Shown here piece after piece: positions 61,476 to 64,000 of a DNA stretch of 64,000 nucleotides. The translations under genes were made by a program, and so were the position numbers. The notes below the pieces were generated by a model. It was not told the origin of the DNA. It made no database searches and saw nothing but the letters and a program-made list of their open reading frames with translations. Positions within the stretch are counted from its first letter, which is position 1. The number at the start of each line of letters is the position of its first letter. Source of the stretch: Felis catus (lineage: Eukaryota); assembly GCF_018350175.1 (NCBI RefSeq), contig NC_058368.1:106084001-106148000 (forward strand), written 5' to 3'.

Positions 61476-62839
61476 GGCCTTACAACTTCCATTTCTAAAC
61501 TTAAAACAAGTCAGACTAGAATCCGACCAATGGCAATTGTCACTTACCTAAAAAATCAATCTTAGGAAAACATAAAACACAGCTAACTCCAATGAAGATA
61601 TCATGAAACAACAAAGCGCTCTTTAATTTTTAGCAAAAGAAACTTTTTTTCTGTTGCATAGTTTAAACTTTCAGTGGAATTTGAAAGTTACCCTCCTTAT
61701 CCACATGGCTTATTTTATAGTTGATATTTTTCAAGGTCCCATTCAGCTCCAAGGACTAGCATCATTAACTGTATCTCTGGCCTTACAGAATAATCAGTGG
61801 GATTGAATTTCAGTAGTACAGGGAAGTTCTGCTCAGGCTAAGGGCTGCATGGGGATCTGCCCTTGCCTTAGCAGCCTTAGGTGTTCAGGTCTGCTGAGAG
61901 GCAGATGGCTTCCTGGTTGGTGATCATCCCATCCTGACCCAGAAAGAGTCAAAGGCTGCAAGACTGCAGTTAGGATGTGTGCCTCCTGAGCAGGAAGCTA
62001 TGGCTCCCTTATCCCCCAGGGCAGAGTGAGTGCTTTCCACATCATATTTCACTGAATCACAGTTTTCTGAGAATGTCCTAACAGTTTCAAAATGACATTT
62101 TTATGTGGCTTAATGTTCCTAATTTGCTACAACTTACATTACATCTCTACTTGCCTAAACCAAGGACCAGATGGAATACATTCTGGTCAGGCATCCAGAC
62201 AGTTACTATTTAGGGGATAATGTAGCCTTTTTAAATTTTTCACAAGAGAGTAGGAGTCTGAGTTTAGTAGTCTCTACTCACAGGATACAATTTATGCCAA
62301 GATAAATTTGAGCCCCCAAAGTTACCTTTTAGTCGGAAACATTTTATCTTGGTTTTAGGGATCCATTTGGTTTTCTTATATTTTCTGGTAGGGGTTTGCT
62401 AACATTTAAGATGAGATATAAATATTTGGCAAAGCATATAAACAGTTTCCTTGATCTGCAAAAAAACCTGAAATTCTCTTTCTGCACAGAAATGCAGTTA
62501 ATGGAAATTATATTTATGAGATGTAAGAACGATGATATGTGGGAACTCAATTGTATATTTAAGTACTTGAAAATATTTTTGCTTAGTCAATTTTAGGAAC
62601 CTATACAATTTGATATAAGTAACTCTTGGGGAAAAAAATTCTAATGGGTTTCCGGTAGACCAACTATTCTTTCGGAAGCCAAACTTGACATCCTATTTGT
62701 TGGACCCAGTAGCCTCTTCCCAGTCATCACCCTACTTGATCCCAAAGAGCAGTTGGCACTCCTATTTCTTCTTTCCTTTACAGTGTCTCTACACTTAGTT
62801 TCTGTAATGTCATTCCTAATTTTCCTTAAATCTCTGTGA

Positions 62840-63420
62840 GTTTTCCCACTCAACTTCTGGTATTAATTTCCTGCTTTGTTTCTACTCCGTAGTTGTAGGC
62901 ATGCCTTAAGATTCTGCCATATATTTTTGTTCTTCTGTCTCTTATATGCACTTCTCAAAAACCAAACCAAAAGTAAACTAAGCTAAACTAAACTAAACTA
63001 AACTAAACTAAACTAAACGTATCCTCATCATTTCATGTAGGTTCAAGGAGCTGTTGTTTCAACACAAGCACCCTAATTATTCTCTTCTCAAGAGTTAGTT
63101 CTGAATTTCTGGCTGGCTACTTATATTTTGACTTCTACAACCCATGTAACCATCACACCTAATAATTAAATATATCCATTGCTTTTCCCTTAGATTTGAT
63201 TTCCTTCTATTTATGGATGCAAAGGTAGTCTCCTTTCAGTCACACTCAAAAACTCAGGGCTGTCTTTAATTCCTCCTTACCACCTACATTTAATTTGCCA
63301 CCATGTTCTGCTGAATCTGATTGCTAAAGTGTCCTCAAGAAGATTTCTCCAAGTTTCCATTCACAATCCCCACCATAGAGTAAGCAAACTCTTCCCTGCA
63401 TTGTCGTCAATATTGTGTCC
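62840..63420 (+). mobile_element. Diverged L2 with (AAACT)n insertion
   Basis: cagtcacactcaaaaactcagggctgtctttaattcctcc...ccatgttctgctgaatct. Confidence 0.55.
62974..63018. repeat. (AAACT)n pentanucleotide repeat
   Basis: Direct reading. Confidence 0.92.
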
Positions 63421-63461
63421 TGAAATATTTTAATCTTTAGTGGGAACATTACTTCCAACCT

Positions 63462-63885
63462 TACAGGAATAAAAAGGACCATAAGAGATGCTGTGAACAG
63501 CTGTGTGGTGAACAATGAGATGATTTAGGTGAAATGGACAAATTTCTGGAAAGACAAAAGCTATCAAAAGTAACTCAAGAAGAAACAGAAAATTAGAAAA
63601 GACCAATAACAAATAAAGAGATTAAATTAGTAATTTAAAAACTTCTTGAAAGAGAATCTCAGACCCAGATGGCTTCACTAGTGAATTTTACTAAACATTT
63701 ATGGAATTAATAATAAATCTTTATAAATTCTTTCTAAAATATAGCAGAGAAGGGAAAACTTCTCAATTCAGTGTTTTAGATCAGTATTACCCAGATACCG
63801 AACCAGACAAAGACATTACAAGATAAGAAAAAAATCTATGGATCAATATCTTTTGTGATTATAGATGCAAAAGCCCTTAACGAAA
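63462..63885 (+). mobile_element. Mammalian L1 ORF2 fragment
   Basis: Decodes to EMDKFLERQKLSKVTQEE...PDGFTSEFY...IDAKAL. Confidence 0.93.
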
Positions 63886-64000
63886 GGGGCGCCTGGGTTG
63901 CTCAGTCCGTTAAGCATCCGACTTCAGCTTAGGCCATGATCTAGCAGTCTGTGGGTTCAAACCCTGTGTTGGGCTCTGCGCTGACAGCTCAGAGCCTGCA
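63886..64000 (+). mobile_element. Can-SINE (runs off window end)
   Basis: ggggcgcctgggttgctcagtccgttaagc head. Confidence 0.93.

Noticed and set aside
1..64000. CRISPR arrays, operons, tRNA/rRNA genes, NUMTs
   Set aside because: Sequence is mammalian and non-coding; tRNA-like boxes belong to SINE heads; no repeat-spacer array or mitochondrial-like segment seen

Overview
Non-coding mammalian genomic DNA, almost certainly felid (cat-like), judged by about 40 carnivore tRNA-derived Can-SINEs, many of the young Felidae SINEC_Fc type with intact target-site duplications (TSDs). It also holds nested L1 fragments of several ages, L2, MIR, MaLR (MLT1) LTRs, hAT MITEs (MER58, MER81), microsatellites and a ~430 bp almost pure A/T tract. 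I recognise no protein-coding exon, RNA gene, CpG island or prokaryotic system. The supplied ORFs are repeat-derived, low-complexity or unrecognisable short frames. The most interesting signal is a ~1 kb minus-strand fossil at ~13.6-14.6 kb. It encodes the C-terminus of a fish/amphibian/reptile-type L1 (or Tx1-like) ORF2, clearly unlike the mammalian L1s elsewhere in the window. Also notable are a 62-bp micro-inversion inside a MER58, a near-adjacent head-to-head SINE pair and several weak splice-signal candidates. Repeat family names come from my recall of consensus sequences, not from a RepeatMasker run, and boundaries of old repeats are approximate.
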